Of a DNA stretch of 39,300 bases, positions 9,205-18,537 are shown piece by piece. The DNA comes from a bacterium (Candidatus Gribaldobacteria) CG10_big_fil_rev_8_21_14_0_10_37_21. GTDB taxonomy: Bacteria > Patescibacteriota > Minisyncoccia > Minisyncoccales > CG1-02-41-26. The position numbers and the translations under genes were made by a program. The stretch covers positions 1 through 39,300 of the forward strand of contig PFAX01000037.1 in the NCBI GenBank assembly GCA_002773495.1, in the 5' to 3' direction. Position 1 is the first letter of the stretch. Every line of letters begins with the position of its first letter. The notes under the pieces were generated by a model. It was not told the origin of the DNA. It was given only the letters and a program-made list of their open reading frames with translations, and did not search any database.

Positions 9205-9717
9205 TTACTCTTTGCTTGATTTGATAACTATTTTTCGATTAGGGCTTTCACCAATACTTTCTGTTGTAACATCACTTCTGTTTTCTAAGGCCAAGTGAAT
9301 AACCCTTCTATCAAAAGAAGACATTTCAGGTAAAACACATTCTTTTTTTTCTAAAGCAACTTTGTCAGCTGACTCATTGGCTAAGCCCTTTAAATATCTT
9401 TCTTTGTTGGCTCGGTATTGGTTAACATCAAGCCGTAAAAATATGTTCAAGCCCACTTTTTTCTTAAAAATCCTTTTTAAGAGACATTGTAAATCAGCTA
9501 AGGTTTGGCCCTGCTTGCCAATAAGCGCCTGGGCTTCTTGGGAATCTATTCTTAAATCAACCTGCCAACCAGTGTTGTCTGAAAGATCACCTAAAATATC
9601 TTTTTCTTCTTGCTCTTGAACTTCATTTAAAGCAACATCAAATACTGCAGAAAAACCGGCTTTTTTAAAAAACTCTTCAGTAATTTTTTGAATTTGTTTT
9701 TGAATCTTTGTTTTCAT
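9205..9717 (-). CDS. jag: Jag/KhpB (EloR) RNA-binding protein, KH + R3H
   Basis: LIGKQGQTLADLQ (KH) and MSSFDRRVIHLAL (R3H); canonical position after yidC. Confidence 0.92.
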   Translation of the reverse strand: MKTKIQKQIQKITEEFFKKAGFSAVFDVALNEVQEQEEKDILGDLSDNTGWQVDLRIDSQEAQALIGKQGQTLADLQCLLKRIFKKKVGLNIFLRLDVNQYRANKERYLKGLANESADKVALEKKECVLPEMSSFDRRVIHLALENRSDVTTESIGESPNRKIVIKSSKE

Positions 9718-10448
9718 ATTTTTTGCTTGATTTTTTTAAAATTCCTTTCCATGATAAAATGCTCCCCTAAAGAAAATAAAACACTGAAAAACCAATACAC
9801 CCCGACAACAATCCCTGTTTTATAAATAATAAAAAAGGTTATTAAAGGAAAGATAAAAAGGGCTTGTTTTTGCATCATGGAACCAAAATCTAAATTAGAA
9901 CCGCTTTTCTGCTTAGGGGCTCCTTTGAAGCTAATTTTTGATTGCCAAAATTGAGCCAAGGCGGCTAAAATCGCCAGAGTTAAAATAAATGCCTTGCTGT
10001 TTGCTGAAAAAACCCAAAAGACCTGCTGGGGGATTGCTCCGGGATTGGGCACAAAAGAATAAAGAAACTTATCTATATTTTCAATTGTTAACCCTGAGGT
10101 AAAAACCCGATATAAAGCAATGACAATTGGTAATTGGATTAGAAGGGGCAAACAACCAGAGGTCGGGCTGATTTCTTCTTTTTTATAAAGCTCTAAGAGG
10201 GCAACATTTTGTTCAGTTAAATTACCTTTATGTTTTTGCTTAATTTCAGCTATTTGCGGGTTTATCTTTTGCATTTGCTTCTGCGACCTCAAGGCCTTCA
10301 AGGAAAGCGGGAAAAGCGCCACTTTAACTATTAAAGTCAAAAAAACGATGGCTAACCCTAAGTCCCCAACAATTGAATATAATAAAACAAGCCCATTTAA
10401 AAAAGGAGCGAATAAAAAAGTATAAAATGCTTGAAAAAGAAAATTCAT
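9714..10448 (-). CDS. yidC: Membrane protein insertase YidC (short form)
   Basis: GLAIVFLTLIVKVALFPL, GCLPLLIQLPI, VYW motifs; origin gene cluster. Confidence 0.95.
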   Translation of the reverse strand: MNFLFQAFYTFLFAPFLNGLVLLYSIVGDLGLAIVFLTLIVKVALFPLSLKALRSQKQMQKINPQIAEIKQKHKGNLTEQNVALLELYKKEEISPTSGCLPLLIQLPIVIALYRVFTSGLTIENIDKFLYSFVPNPGAIPQQVFWVFSANSKAFILTLAILAALAQFWQSKISFKGAPKQKSGSNLDFGSMMQKQALFIFPLITFFIIYKTGIVVGVYWFFSVLFSLGEHFIMERNFKKIKQKI

Positions 10449-10470
10449 AAATTAGTAAGTAGTATGTAGT

Positions 10471-10497
10471 CCTGCCTGCCGAGGCAGAGTAGGCAAG
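10471..10497. repeat. Variant of CCTGCCTGCC palindrome within GTAG heptamers (copy 2)
   Basis: CCTGCCTGCCGAGGCAGAGTAGGCAAG flanked by AGTAAGT AGTATGT AGT and TTGGTAG TAAGTAG. Confidence 0.75.
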
Positions 10498-10513
10498 TTG
10501 GTAGTAAGTAGAG

Positions 10514-10747
10514 CTAAAACAGGTAAAAGTAGGGGAGGTCAACGCCACCCTTGCTTAAAGGCGAACAATGTAATACCCTCCAAAAGGACTTTACTAACCC
10601 TTTAAGGGCACCATATTTTTTGACAGCCAAAATGGCGTAGTTAGAACAGGTGGGCTCAAAACGACAATGCCCCTTTAATAAAAAGGGGGGGACGATCTTC
10701 TGGTATGTCCTGACTAACCCAATAACTAATTTTTGCAAAGAATTCAT
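10514..10747 (-). CDS. yidD: Membrane protein insertion efficiency factor YidD
   Basis: CRFEPTCSNYA..KYG..KG...RVLHCSP...GGVD. Confidence 0.95.
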   Translation of the reverse strand: MNSLQKLVIGLVRTYQKIVPPFLLKGHCRFEPTCSNYAILAVKKYGALKGLVKSFWRVLHCSPLSKGGVDLPYFYLF

Positions 10748-10750
10748 TGT

Positions 10751-11107
10751 TTATTTCCCCTTTAAAAGACCTGCTTTTTTAAGGGTGCTTTCTGTTTGTT
10801 TTTTAAGCCAATCAAAAGGTTTTTCTAAAAACTCTTTTTTAAAGAAAAAAACAAGCCAAACCTCAGAGCTTATCTCCGGAAAAAGGTCTTTCAAGATATG
10901 TCGCATCCTTCTTTTGGCTTTATTCCTTTGGATGGCCTTTGGGAAAACCTTTTTTGAGCAAAGAAAAGCTACTTTCGGCAAGCCCGGCGATTCTGATTGA
11001 TTAGGCAAGAACTTAAAAGAAAAAACTTCACTGTAAACACTTTTCCCTTTTTTTAGAACCAATTCAATCTCTTTTTTCTTTTTAAGGACTTGCACTCTTT
11101 TTAACAT
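10751..11107 (-). CDS. rnpA: Ribonuclease P protein component
   Basis: SKKVFPKAIQRNKAKRRMR (RNR-like motif); between rpmH and yidD. Confidence 0.92.
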   Translation of the reverse strand: MLKRVQVLKKKKEIELVLKKGKSVYSEVFSFKFLPNQSESPGLPKVAFLCSKKVFPKAIQRNKAKRRMRHILKDLFPEISSEVWLVFFFKKEFLEKPFDWLKKQTESTLKKAGLLKGK

Positions 11108-11111
11108 TTGA

Positions 11112-11246
11112 TTAAACGGTTAACTTTTTTCTGCCCTTTGCCCTTCTTTTAACTATCACTCTCTTGCCTGCTTTTGTTCTGGCTCTCTTTAAAAAGCCAT
11201 GGGTTCTAGCTCTTTTCTTTTTTTTGGGTTGATATGTTGTACTCAT
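11112..11246 (-). CDS. rpmH: 50S ribosomal protein L34 (44 aa)
   Basis: [21 protein letters not shown]...[11 protein letters not shown]; start ATG 11246 rather than 11300. Confidence 0.97.
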   Translation of the reverse strand: MSTTYQPKKKKRARTHGFLKRARTKAGKRVIVKRRAKGRKKLTV

Positions 11247-11321
11247 AAATTTGATTAATTTAGTATAACTTAATATAGCAGATATTACAAAATAAGCCAA
11301 TAGGTCTTATAGGTCTATGAG

Positions 11322-11350
11322 TTTTACACAAAATACACAAGTTTTACACA
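11322..11350 (+). promoter_or_regulatory. DnaA-box cluster upstream of dnaA
   Basis: TTTTACACA at 11322-11330 and 11342-11350 (match TTWTNCACA), with AAATACACA between them. Confidence 0.7.
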
Positions 11351-11462
11351 TATTCTTAACATAAAATATTTTTCAGTTGATTTTATTGGCAGTTTGCATT
11401 ATGCTTATAAAAGGTAGATAATAGGCACAAGAGAATACTTAACCATCTTAATTCAATTAATT

Positions 11463-12830
11463 ATGCAAAACGAAGAGCTTTGGCAATCAGTTTTAGGGCA
11501 GGTCCAGTTTGCCGTTTCAAAGGCAAATTTTGCGACTTGGTTTAGAAACACCAAAATTGTTTCCAGTGAAAACGGAGAAGTGGTTATTTCTGTGCCAAAT
11601 GCTTTTTCTAAAGAATGGCTTTCAAATAAATATAACTCTTTAATTTTAAAAATCTTAAGAACAAGTGATAATAATATTCGCTTGATTAATTTCACTGTTG
11701 ATTCCCCGGCCTTACAACAAAAGCAAAACAAACCCCAAAAGATCAAAGAGGATCCCTCTGACCAACTTCAATTTCAAGAATTCAAGGTTAACCAAGAAAC
11801 CAACCTTAATCCTTCTTATCTTTTTGATAATTTTGTTGTTGGCTCTTTTAATGAATTAGCCCACGCAGCTACTTGGGCTACCTCTGAAAGCCCAGGTACC
11901 GTTTATAATCCCCTATTTATTTATGGAGGCGTTGGTTTGGGAAAAACCCACCTTTTACAAGCAGCTGGCAACAGGGCTATCTCCCTTTTCCCTGAAAAAA
12001 AGATAACCTATATCGCTGCTGAAAGATTTATTTCAAAAATAGTTGAAGCAATTCGCAACCAAGAGATAGAATCTCTAAAAAAGAAATTTTCTCAAGTAGA
12101 CATTTTAATTATTGATGATGTTCAGTTCTTCGCTGGTAAAGATAAAACTCAAGAGGAGTTTTTTCATATTTACAATAATTTATACCAAAACGGCAAACAG
12201 ATTATTCTTTCCTCTGACAGGCCCCCTTCAGCCATTCCAGCCATCACAGAAAGGTTACGGTCAAGGTTTGAGGGTGGGATGATAGCTGATATTGGCACTC
12301 CTGACTTCGAAACTAGGTTGGCTATTTTAAAGTCAAAATGTGAACAAAAAAACATTACTTTAGCCAATGATGTTCTTGATTATATCGCTAATAACATCCA
12401 AAAAAACATCAGAGAGTTAGAGGGTTCTTTAAATCGGCTTTTGGTTTACCAAAAAATCAACCAGAAAATGCCTGACATAGAGCAGACAAAAAAACTTTTA
12501 CAGGGGCTCACCTCTTCTCAAAGAAAATCAACTAGCCCAAAAAGAATTTTACAAGTAGTGGCTAATTTCTACGATTTAAAACAAGACGACCTTCTAACTT
12601 TAACTAGGAGAAAAGAAATTGTCAGACCCCGCCAAATTGCTATGTATCTTTTAAGAACAGAATTGAACGAGTCATTCCCTTCTATTGGCAGAAAATTTCA
12701 AGGTAAAGACCACACCACAGCGATGTATGCTTGCACCAAAATATCACAAAGAATAGAAGAAGACAATGCCCTTTCAATAGATGTTAATTTGATTAAGCAA
12801 AGAATTTATAGCGAGCCAGAAAACTCTTGA
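11463..12830 (+). CDS. dnaA: Chromosomal replication initiator DnaA
   Basis: YNPLFIYGGVGLGKTHL, LIIDDVQF, RLRSRF, NIRELEG, RPRQIAMYL, KDHTT. Confidence 0.99.
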   Translation: MQNEELWQSVLGQVQFAVSKANFATWFRNTKIVSSENGEVVISVPNAFSKEWLSNKYNSLILKILRTSDNNIRLINFTVDSPALQQKQNKPQKIKEDPSDQLQFQEFKVNQETNLNPSYLFDNFVVGSFNELAHAATWATSESPGTVYNPLFIYGGVGLGKTHLLQAAGNRAISLFPEKKITYIAAERFISKIVEAIRNQEIESLKKKFSQVDILIIDDVQFFAGKDKTQEEFFHIYNNLYQNGKQIILSSDRPPSAIPAITERLRSRFEGGMIADIGTPDFETRLAILKSKCEQKNITLANDVLDYIANNIQKNIRELEGSLNRLLVYQKINQKMPDIEQTKKLLQGLTSSQRKSTSPKRILQVVANFYDLKQDDLLTLTRRKEIVRPRQIAMYLLRTELNESFPSIGRKFQGKDHTTAMYACTKISQRIEEDNALSIDVNLIKQRIYSEPENS

Positions 12831-13054
12831 AAACCTGTTGATAAACAATAAGTAAAAAGAGGAGAACAAATTAAATGCTTTTAAAAAAGAAAATTTGTCC
12901 AGTTTTATCCCCAACAAATTAAGGTTTCTTTTTTAAAAGCATTACCAAATAGCCCAGTAAAATCAAAAAAAAACGAACTAATCCACTTTTACCCATGACT
13001 AATAACAATAATAAGTTTTAAATTTTAAAAAAATAATTATTATAATTAAACCCT
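12831..13054. other. Replication origin oriC (dnaA-dnaN intergenic)
   Basis: Near-consensus DnaA boxes TGTTGATAA (12836-12844), TTATCCCCA (12905-12913), TAATCCACT (12979-12987); trinucleotide run ACTAATAACAATAATAAG (12998-13015, DnaA-trio-like) followed by a pure A/T tract. Confidence 0.8.
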
Positions 13055-14188
13055 ATGAAAACAGAAGTTTTAACAGAAAATTTTAAAAAGGCCTTGTTGT
13101 CTTGTGAAAAAATAGCCAAAAAAAGCTTATCTTTGCCTATTCTTCAAAATCTTTTAATGAAAACAGAAGGCACTTTTTTAGCTTTAACTTCAACTAATTT
13201 AGAAACAAGTTTAGTTTGGAGAGTTTTAGCTAAAACAACAAAACAGGGCGAGGCGCTTTTACCAGCTAATTTTTTAGCAAGCTTAATTTCTCTCTTAAAA
13301 ACGAATAAATTAGAATTTTCTGTTGAGAAAAATAACCTAATTTTAACCTCAGAGGAAGAGGAGTTTCAAATTCAAGGGCAAAACCCAGAAGATTTTCCTA
13401 TAATCCCTAAAATTGATAAAACAGAGTTTTTTAAAATTTCTTCAGCGGAACTAACAAATGCCCTTTGTGCTGTAATAGAATTGCCCTCACAAAGCCAGAT
13501 AAAACCAGAGATTTCAGGGGTTTTATTTAGCTTTAATAAAAAAATTTTAAAAATTGTCGCTACCGATAGTTTCCGCTTAGCTGAAAAGACAATTTCTTTA
13601 ACCGAGGTTTCTTTAAAAAACAAGGAAATTACTAGCTTTATTTTACCTCAAAATTCAGCTCGGGAAATTCTTAATGTTTTTTCAGGAGAGGAGCTTCCGG
13701 TAGTAGTTTATTTTTCTTCAAATTATGTTTTATTTGAAACAAACAGCCCCTCTTCTCAAGAAAAAATAGAGCTTTCTAGCCGCCTAATAGAAGGGCAATA
13801 CCCGAATTATCAAGAAATTATTCCTCAAAAAAGCAGTTTGAAAATTAAGGTTAAAAAAGAAGAGTTTTTAAGTCAAATAAAAAAAGCAGGCCTGTTTTCT
13901 TCTAAGTCGCAAGAAATCAAACTTACCGCTTTGCCCCAGGAGTCAAAAATAAAGATATTCTCCCAAAATGTTGAAACAGGCAGAAATGAATCATATTTAG
14001 GGGGCGATGTAACTGGTAAAGAAATGGAAGTTTCTTTTAATTTTAAGTTTTTAATTGCCGGCATCAATATTCTTAAAAGTTCTGAAGTTATCTTAGACCT
14101 TTTAAGCGAAGATAAAGCCGGTGTTTTAAGGCCGGTTGGAGATACTTCTTTAATTTATATTTTAATGCCTATTAAAAGCAGTTATTAG
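13055..14188 (+). CDS. dnaN: DNA polymerase III beta clamp
   Basis: LPILQN, DFP, VATDSFRLA, LIEGQYPNY, C-terminal YILMPI. Confidence 0.98.
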   Translation: MKTEVLTENFKKALLSCEKIAKKSLSLPILQNLLMKTEGTFLALTSTNLETSLVWRVLAKTTKQGEALLPANFLASLISLLKTNKLEFSVEKNNLILTSEEEEFQIQGQNPEDFPIIPKIDKTEFFKISSAELTNALCAVIELPSQSQIKPEISGVLFSFNKKILKIVATDSFRLAEKTISLTEVSLKNKEITSFILPQNSAREILNVFSGEELPVVVYFSSNYVLFETNSPSSQEKIELSSRLIEGQYPNYQEIIPQKSSLKIKVKKEEFLSQIKKAGLFSSKSQEIKLTALPQESKIKIFSQNVETGRNESYLGGDVTGKEMEVSFNFKFLIAGINILKSSEVILDLLSEDKAGVLRPVGDTSLIYILMPIKSSY

Positions 14189-14208
14189 AAATAATTTTGT
14201 GGCTATCT

Positions 14209-16329
14209 CTAATACCAAGAGAGCCAGTTTTGAACACCAGCTTCCCAATTGGCAAATTGAGAATCCGCTTGAGATGTGCCACTACCAGTAGGGTTGTCCT
14301 TATTAAGATAGTACAAGAGAGAATGGTTGCCTAAAAATGAACCATCTAAAACACTTTTTCCTGTATAAGTTTTTTGCGGGGCTATAAAGGGCTCTGTTTT
14401 TATTTGATCTAATGCCTGAAGTATAAAATTTTTCCAAAGGGGGGCTGCTATGCTCGCTGATGCTCTTGTCATGGAGGTATTGTTGTTGTTCCCGGCCCAA
14501 GTGCCCACAACTAAAGTTGGGGTATAACCAATTGTCCAAGCATCTTTATATTCTTGGGTGGTGCCTGTTTTAACGGCAGCTTGGATGTTGTCGCCTAAAA
14601 ACAAAGGTGAATTCCAGCCAAACATAGGGGCTCTAGCTACATTATCAGAAAGCATATCATTAATTTGGCGAGCTATTTCTTGGGGCATAATTTTTACCCT
14701 TTTTACTTGCATTTTTTCTAAAATACGGCCATCTCCATCTTGGATTTCTTGAATGAAATTAAGAGAGCTTTTAACTCCGTCGTTAGCAAAAACAGAATAA
14801 CCTAAGGTCATTTCAAGCAATTTTACTTCGCCCCCACCTAAAACTAAAGCTAAGCCATAGTTTTCTTCGCCCTTTAAGGTAGAAATTCCAAACTTTTTCA
14901 CCCATTCTAAAGCATTTTTTAGGCCAGCTAAATAAAGAACTTTAACAGCCGGGACATTTCTGGATTGAGCTAAAGCATTTTTTAGAGTTATTTGCCCTAT
15001 AAAAAGCCCATCATAATTATGGGGATGGTAGCAATCTTGGTTATATCTGTCTTTTGATTGTAAGCCGTTGCCTGAACAATTATAATTAAACTCTGTAAAA
15101 GCGTCCCAGAGATAAGTTTGAGGGGTGAAACCTTCAGAGAGAGCTAAACTATAAACAAATGGCTTGAAGGCCGATCCAGGTTGTCGTAAGCTCAAGGTAG
15201 TGTTTACTTGTGGGTCGAAAAGGCAATCCTTGCCAGAAACGCACCCTAAAGGCAATGATTGGGCAAAATAATCCTTTGAACCAACCATAGCTAAAAGTTC
15301 GCCTGTTTTAGGGTTTAAAGCAATTAAAGCCCCGTTGTTGGTATTAGCATATTTTGAGGCCTCAACTCCCTCTTTAATAACTCTTTCAGCTTTTACTTGT
15401 AAAGAATAATCTAAAGTTGTGATAACCTTTAAGCCAGCCCTTTGCAGGTACTCTTTAGTATATTTTGTTTCCAGATAATCCTTAACAAACATTACAAAAT
15501 GGGGCGCCTTAAAAGTATTTTCTTTTTCTTGAAAAACAAGTTTTTCCTTTTTTGCTATCTCACACTCCTCTTTAGTTAAAAAGTCAATTTTAACCATATT
15601 GTCTAAAACAAAATCCTTTCTTTTTAAAAGGTCATCTATGTTTTGACCATAAGGAGACAATCTAGTGGGCGATTGGATTAAAGCGACAAGTGTGGCGGCT
15701 TGGGCTAAAGAAAGCGAAGCGGCTGGCTGATTAAAAAATTGTTGAGAAGCTGTTTCAACCCCATAAAGATTACCCCCAAGCGGGATTAGGTTTAAATACC
15801 ATTCCATAATTTGCTCTTTTGAGTATCTTCTCTCCAATTCTAAAGTTAAAAGCAATTCCCTAGTTTTGCGTTTAAGGGTTCTATTTTGGGTTAAAAAGTA
15901 TGAACGAATGAGCTGTTGAGAGATGGTAGATGCCCCTTGAGTTATTTTTTGGAGTTTTAGGTCATACAGAAGTGCTCTCGCTATGCCCTTAAGGTCAAAG
16001 CCAGAATGAATATAGAAACTTTTGTCTTCAGTCGCTATCAGTGCCTTAGGGAGATAGTCAGGTAAGGCGGAGAGTTTTATAACAGTTCTTTTTTCTTCGC
16101 CAGCTATTTCATATAAAAGCATTTCACCTGTTCTGTCATAGATTTTAGTTGATTGGGGGATAAGACCTTCGTCAAACTTTTCAGGACGAGGTAAATCCTT
16201 AATAAAATACAAAAAAAGCAAAGCGGGCAGAAAAAGAGTTAAAAATAAAAAAATCAAAAATCCTTTTAAGATGCTTTTAAAGATATTTTTTTTCCTGATA
16301 ATAGTTTTATTTTTATTTTGTTTAGACAT
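14209..16329 (-). CDS. Class A penicillin-binding protein (transglycosylase/transpeptidase)
   Basis: TM anchor; EDKSFYIHSG, GASTISQQL; SAFK, SRN, KTGTT motifs. Confidence 0.95.
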   Translation of the reverse strand: MSKQNKNKTIIRKKNIFKSILKGFLIFLFLTLFLPALLFLYFIKDLPRPEKFDEGLIPQSTKIYDRTGEMLLYEIAGEEKRTVIKLSALPDYLPKALIATEDKSFYIHSGFDLKGIARALLYDLKLQKITQGASTISQQLIRSYFLTQNRTLKRKTRELLLTLELERRYSKEQIMEWYLNLIPLGGNLYGVETASQQFFNQPAASLSLAQAATLVALIQSPTRLSPYGQNIDDLLKRKDFVLDNMVKIDFLTKEECEIAKKEKLVFQEKENTFKAPHFVMFVKDYLETKYTKEYLQRAGLKVITTLDYSLQVKAERVIKEGVEASKYANTNNGALIALNPKTGELLAMVGSKDYFAQSLPLGCVSGKDCLFDPQVNTTLSLRQPGSAFKPFVYSLALSEGFTPQTYLWDAFTEFNYNCSGNGLQSKDRYNQDCYHPHNYDGLFIGQITLKNALAQSRNVPAVKVLYLAGLKNALEWVKKFGISTLKGEENYGLALVLGGGEVKLLEMTLGYSVFANDGVKSSLNFIQEIQDGDGRILEKMQVKRVKIMPQEIARQINDMLSDNVARAPMFGWNSPLFLGDNIQAAVKTGTTQEYKDAWTIGYTPTLVVGTWAGNNNNTSMTRASASIAAPLWKNFILQALDQIKTEPFIAPQKTYTGKSVLDGSFLGNHSLLYYLNKDNPTGSGTSQADSQFANWEAGVQNWLSWY

Positions 16330-16368
16330 GAGAAATATTTAAATATACTTAAATTATTGTAGCAGTTA

Positions 16369-16418
16369 AAGCAAATAAAGACAAAACCCCTTCTTTGGGG
16401 TTTTGTCTTTATTTGCTT
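16369..16418 (-). terminator. 22-bp perfect hairpin directly after the acidic microprotein
   Basis: AAGCAAATAAAGACAAAACCCC-TTCTTT-GGGGTTTTGTCTTTATTTGCTT; overlaps the stop codon. Confidence 0.75.
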
Positions 16419-16554
16419 AAAAATCTGTTTCATCGTCGTCTTCTTCCTCTTCTTCATCATCGTCGTCTAAATCTTCCTCCTCTTCGTCATCGTCGTCTTC
16501 AAACTCGCTCTCGTCTTCGTATCTTAATTGGGTTAATACTTCTTCTTTAAACAT
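16417..16554 (-). CDS. Hyperacidic 45-aa microprotein (not in ORF track)
   Basis: MFKEEVLTQLRYEDESEFEDDDDEEEEDLDDDDEEEEEDDDETDF*; 30/45 D/E; mixed synonymous codons; own promoter and downstream hairpin. Confidence 0.75.
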   Translation of the reverse strand: MFKEEVLTQLRYEDESEFEDDDDEEEEDLDDDDEEEEEDDDETDF

Positions 16555-16633
16555 TTTGATAAAGCGGTTTTAAACCGCAAAATTAAAAGTTTTTATTTGA
16601 CCTTTTTTGGCACTTTGTGCTCTTATACTTCGG

Positions 16634-16661
16634 ATTATACGCGAGCGTTATTTAATGTCAA
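16634..16661 (-). promoter_or_regulatory. Consensus sigma70 promoter for the acidic microprotein
   Basis: Minus strand TTGACA (16661-16656), 16 nt, TATAAT (16639-16634). Confidence 0.75.
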
Positions 16662-16689
16662 GAGCAATTTGTAAAAATATGTGGAAAAG

Positions 16690-17154
16690 TTAAGCGAAAG
16701 AAGCGCAAATAGCTAAGGCCAGGGCGTCAGAAGCATCATCTGGTTGAGGTATCTTTTTTAATTTAAGCAAAATTTGGACCATTCTTTGAACTTGTTTTTT
16801 TTCTGCTCTGCCGTACCCGCAAACCCCTGTTTTAACTTGCAAGGGCGTGAATTCTTTTAATTTTATTTTTTTTTCAGCCACCAATAAAAGCAAAACGCCT
16901 CTGGCTTCAGAAACAGGTAGAGCTGTTTTTAAGTTTTTAAAGAAAAAAAGTTTTTCTATAACGATTAACTCTGGCTTATATTGGGCGATTAATTTTTTTG
17001 TTTGGCAATAAATTTCCTTTAATCTGTTGTGAGAAAGTGTTTTTTTTGATGTTTTAATTACTCCGCAAGCGATGAAAGAGTGTCTTTTCTTATCTCCAGA
17101 GATGATTCCCCAGCCAACCTTGGCAGTTCCTGGGTCAAGGCCTAAAATAATCAT
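16690..17154 (-). CDS. ruvC: Holliday junction resolvase RuvC
   Basis: ILGLDPG, IEKLFF, EARGV, GYGRAEKKQV, DDASDALA. Confidence 0.97.
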   Translation of the reverse strand: MIILGLDPGTAKVGWGIISGDKKRHSFIACGVIKTSKKTLSHNRLKEIYCQTKKLIAQYKPELIVIEKLFFFKNLKTALPVSEARGVLLLLVAEKKIKLKEFTPLQVKTGVCGYGRAEKKQVQRMVQILLKLKKIPQPDDASDALALAICASFA

Positions 17155-17873
17155 AAGTTTGAATAAAGCTCTTGAAAGGTGTCTGTTGCATTGAGGTCTT
17201 CGTTTAATCTTTCTAAGGCCCTTTCGGCTGTTTCTGTTGTTTCAATCTTGTTGTTTGGCACCCAACCCAAAAAGCTTTTTTCAAGTTCATAGCCCTTTTC
17301 AAGAAGGGTTTTTTTCATTGTTTCTAAGTTTTCTGCTTTTGTCTCTGCTTCAAAATAATCCTCATTATCCTCATTGAACCAAGAAAGGTCTTCAGCTCCT
17401 GACTCAATAATGTCTAACTCCTGGACATCCCTTTCTCCTGGTTTGGCTTTACCGATTAAAAAACCATTTTGCTGAAAAGCCCATCTGACAGACCCTTCGT
17501 TAGCTAACTTAAAATTGTGCTTTTGTAAGACCTGTTTAATTTCAGCTAAAGCCCTATTTTTATTGTCAGTAATACCTTCAATAATTATATTAATATTCTC
17601 TGGGCCAATTGCTTCATAAAGAACCACCTCTAATTGCTCTCCCTCAAGTGAGCCAGAGCCCTTTTGAACAGCTCTTTCAATATTGTCCTTGGGCATATTT
17701 GCCTTTTTTGCTTCGTCAATGGCCTGTTTTAAAGCAATATTAAAATCAGGGTTAGTCCCTTCTTTAGCCGCCAAAGAAATTATTTTGGAAAGCTTAGAAA
17801 AGATTTTACCTTTTTTCGCGTCGTTGGCGTCTTTGACTCTTTTAACTGTTTTTGCATGTGAGTGTCCACTCAT
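17151..17873 (-). CDS. yebC: YebC/PmpR family protein
   Basis: MSGHSH, KANMPKDNIERA, YEAIGP, TDNKNR; adjacent to ruvC. Confidence 0.96.
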   Translation of the reverse strand: MSGHSHAKTVKRVKDANDAKKGKIFSKLSKIISLAAKEGTNPDFNIALKQAIDEAKKANMPKDNIERAVQKGSGSLEGEQLEVVLYEAIGPENINIIIEGITDNKNRALAEIKQVLQKHNFKLANEGSVRWAFQQNGFLIGKAKPGERDVQELDIIESGAEDLSWFNEDNEDYFEAETKAENLETMKKTLLEKGYELEKSFLGWVPNNKIETTETAERALERLNEDLNATDTFQELYSNL

Positions 17874-17901
17874 ATATTTAAGTGAGAAAGTGTTTAGGTG
17901 T

Positions 17902-18537
17902 TCAAGACCTTTTTAGGAAGAAGACAACAAGGCCGGAGCCAAGAGCAACTAATAAAGCCAAAGAAAATAAGGCCAAATTGCTACCCAAAACACGATCTTC
18001 GCCACCTTCTTTAGCGACAGATCCCCCTTTGTTTTCTTTAAGAAGGGAGTTTTCTTTTTCAGGACTTGTTTTAGGAAAAAGATTGGGTTTGTTTGGGGTA
18101 GGGGGAACCCATAGCCATTCATTGCCTTGGTTTCTACTATAAGAAAGCCCTTCTTTGGTTTCTGAAAAAGTGACTTCGTCAATTAAATTACCCTGTTTGT
18201 CAAGAAGCCAGAGGCCGTCGCCTTCGTTGTTCAAACTTATTTTTGTTTCTTTAATAAAAAGCAAAATAAAACTTTTAGGAGCAACTATCTTTGATTCAAA
18301 GGTAAATGTTTTACTTTGGCCTATCTTATCGCAGATTTGCCAACCAGTCAAGTCAAGGGGCGTTTCTTCTTGGTTAAAAAGTTCAATAAATTCGTTTTCT
18401 GAATCCTTTCCTTCTGGGTTTGGCAGAACTTCTGTAATAATAATACCTAAAAACTGCTCTGAAAAGCAATCAAAAGGAAAAAAAATAAACAAGCAAAGAA
18501 AAAATGCAAAACCTAAGGCGATTTTATTTTCTTTCAT
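17902..18537 (-). CDS. Lamin tail domain (LTD) surface protein with N-terminal signal and C-terminal TM
   Basis: IIITEVLPNPEG...EFIELFN...DLTGWQI...SLNNEGD...SYSR..W..PTP. Confidence 0.8.
   Translation of the reverse strand: MKENKIALGFAFFLCLFIFFPFDCFSEQFLGIIITEVLPNPEGKDSENEFIELFNQEETPLDLTGWQICDKIGQSKTFTFESKIVAPKSFILLFIKETKISLNNEGDGLWLLDKQGNLIDEVTFSETKEGLSYSRNQGNEWLWVPPTPNKPNLFPKTSPEKENSLLKENKGGSVAKEGGEDRVLGSNLALFSLALLVALGSGLVVFFLKRS

Noticed and set aside
11247..11300. N-terminal extension of L34
   Set aside because: Family length and the MSTTYQP start support ATG 11246.
16266..16460. 64-aa Lys-rich minus-strand ORF
   Set aside because: Alternative frame of the acidic ORF; runs through the hairpin and into the PBP start.
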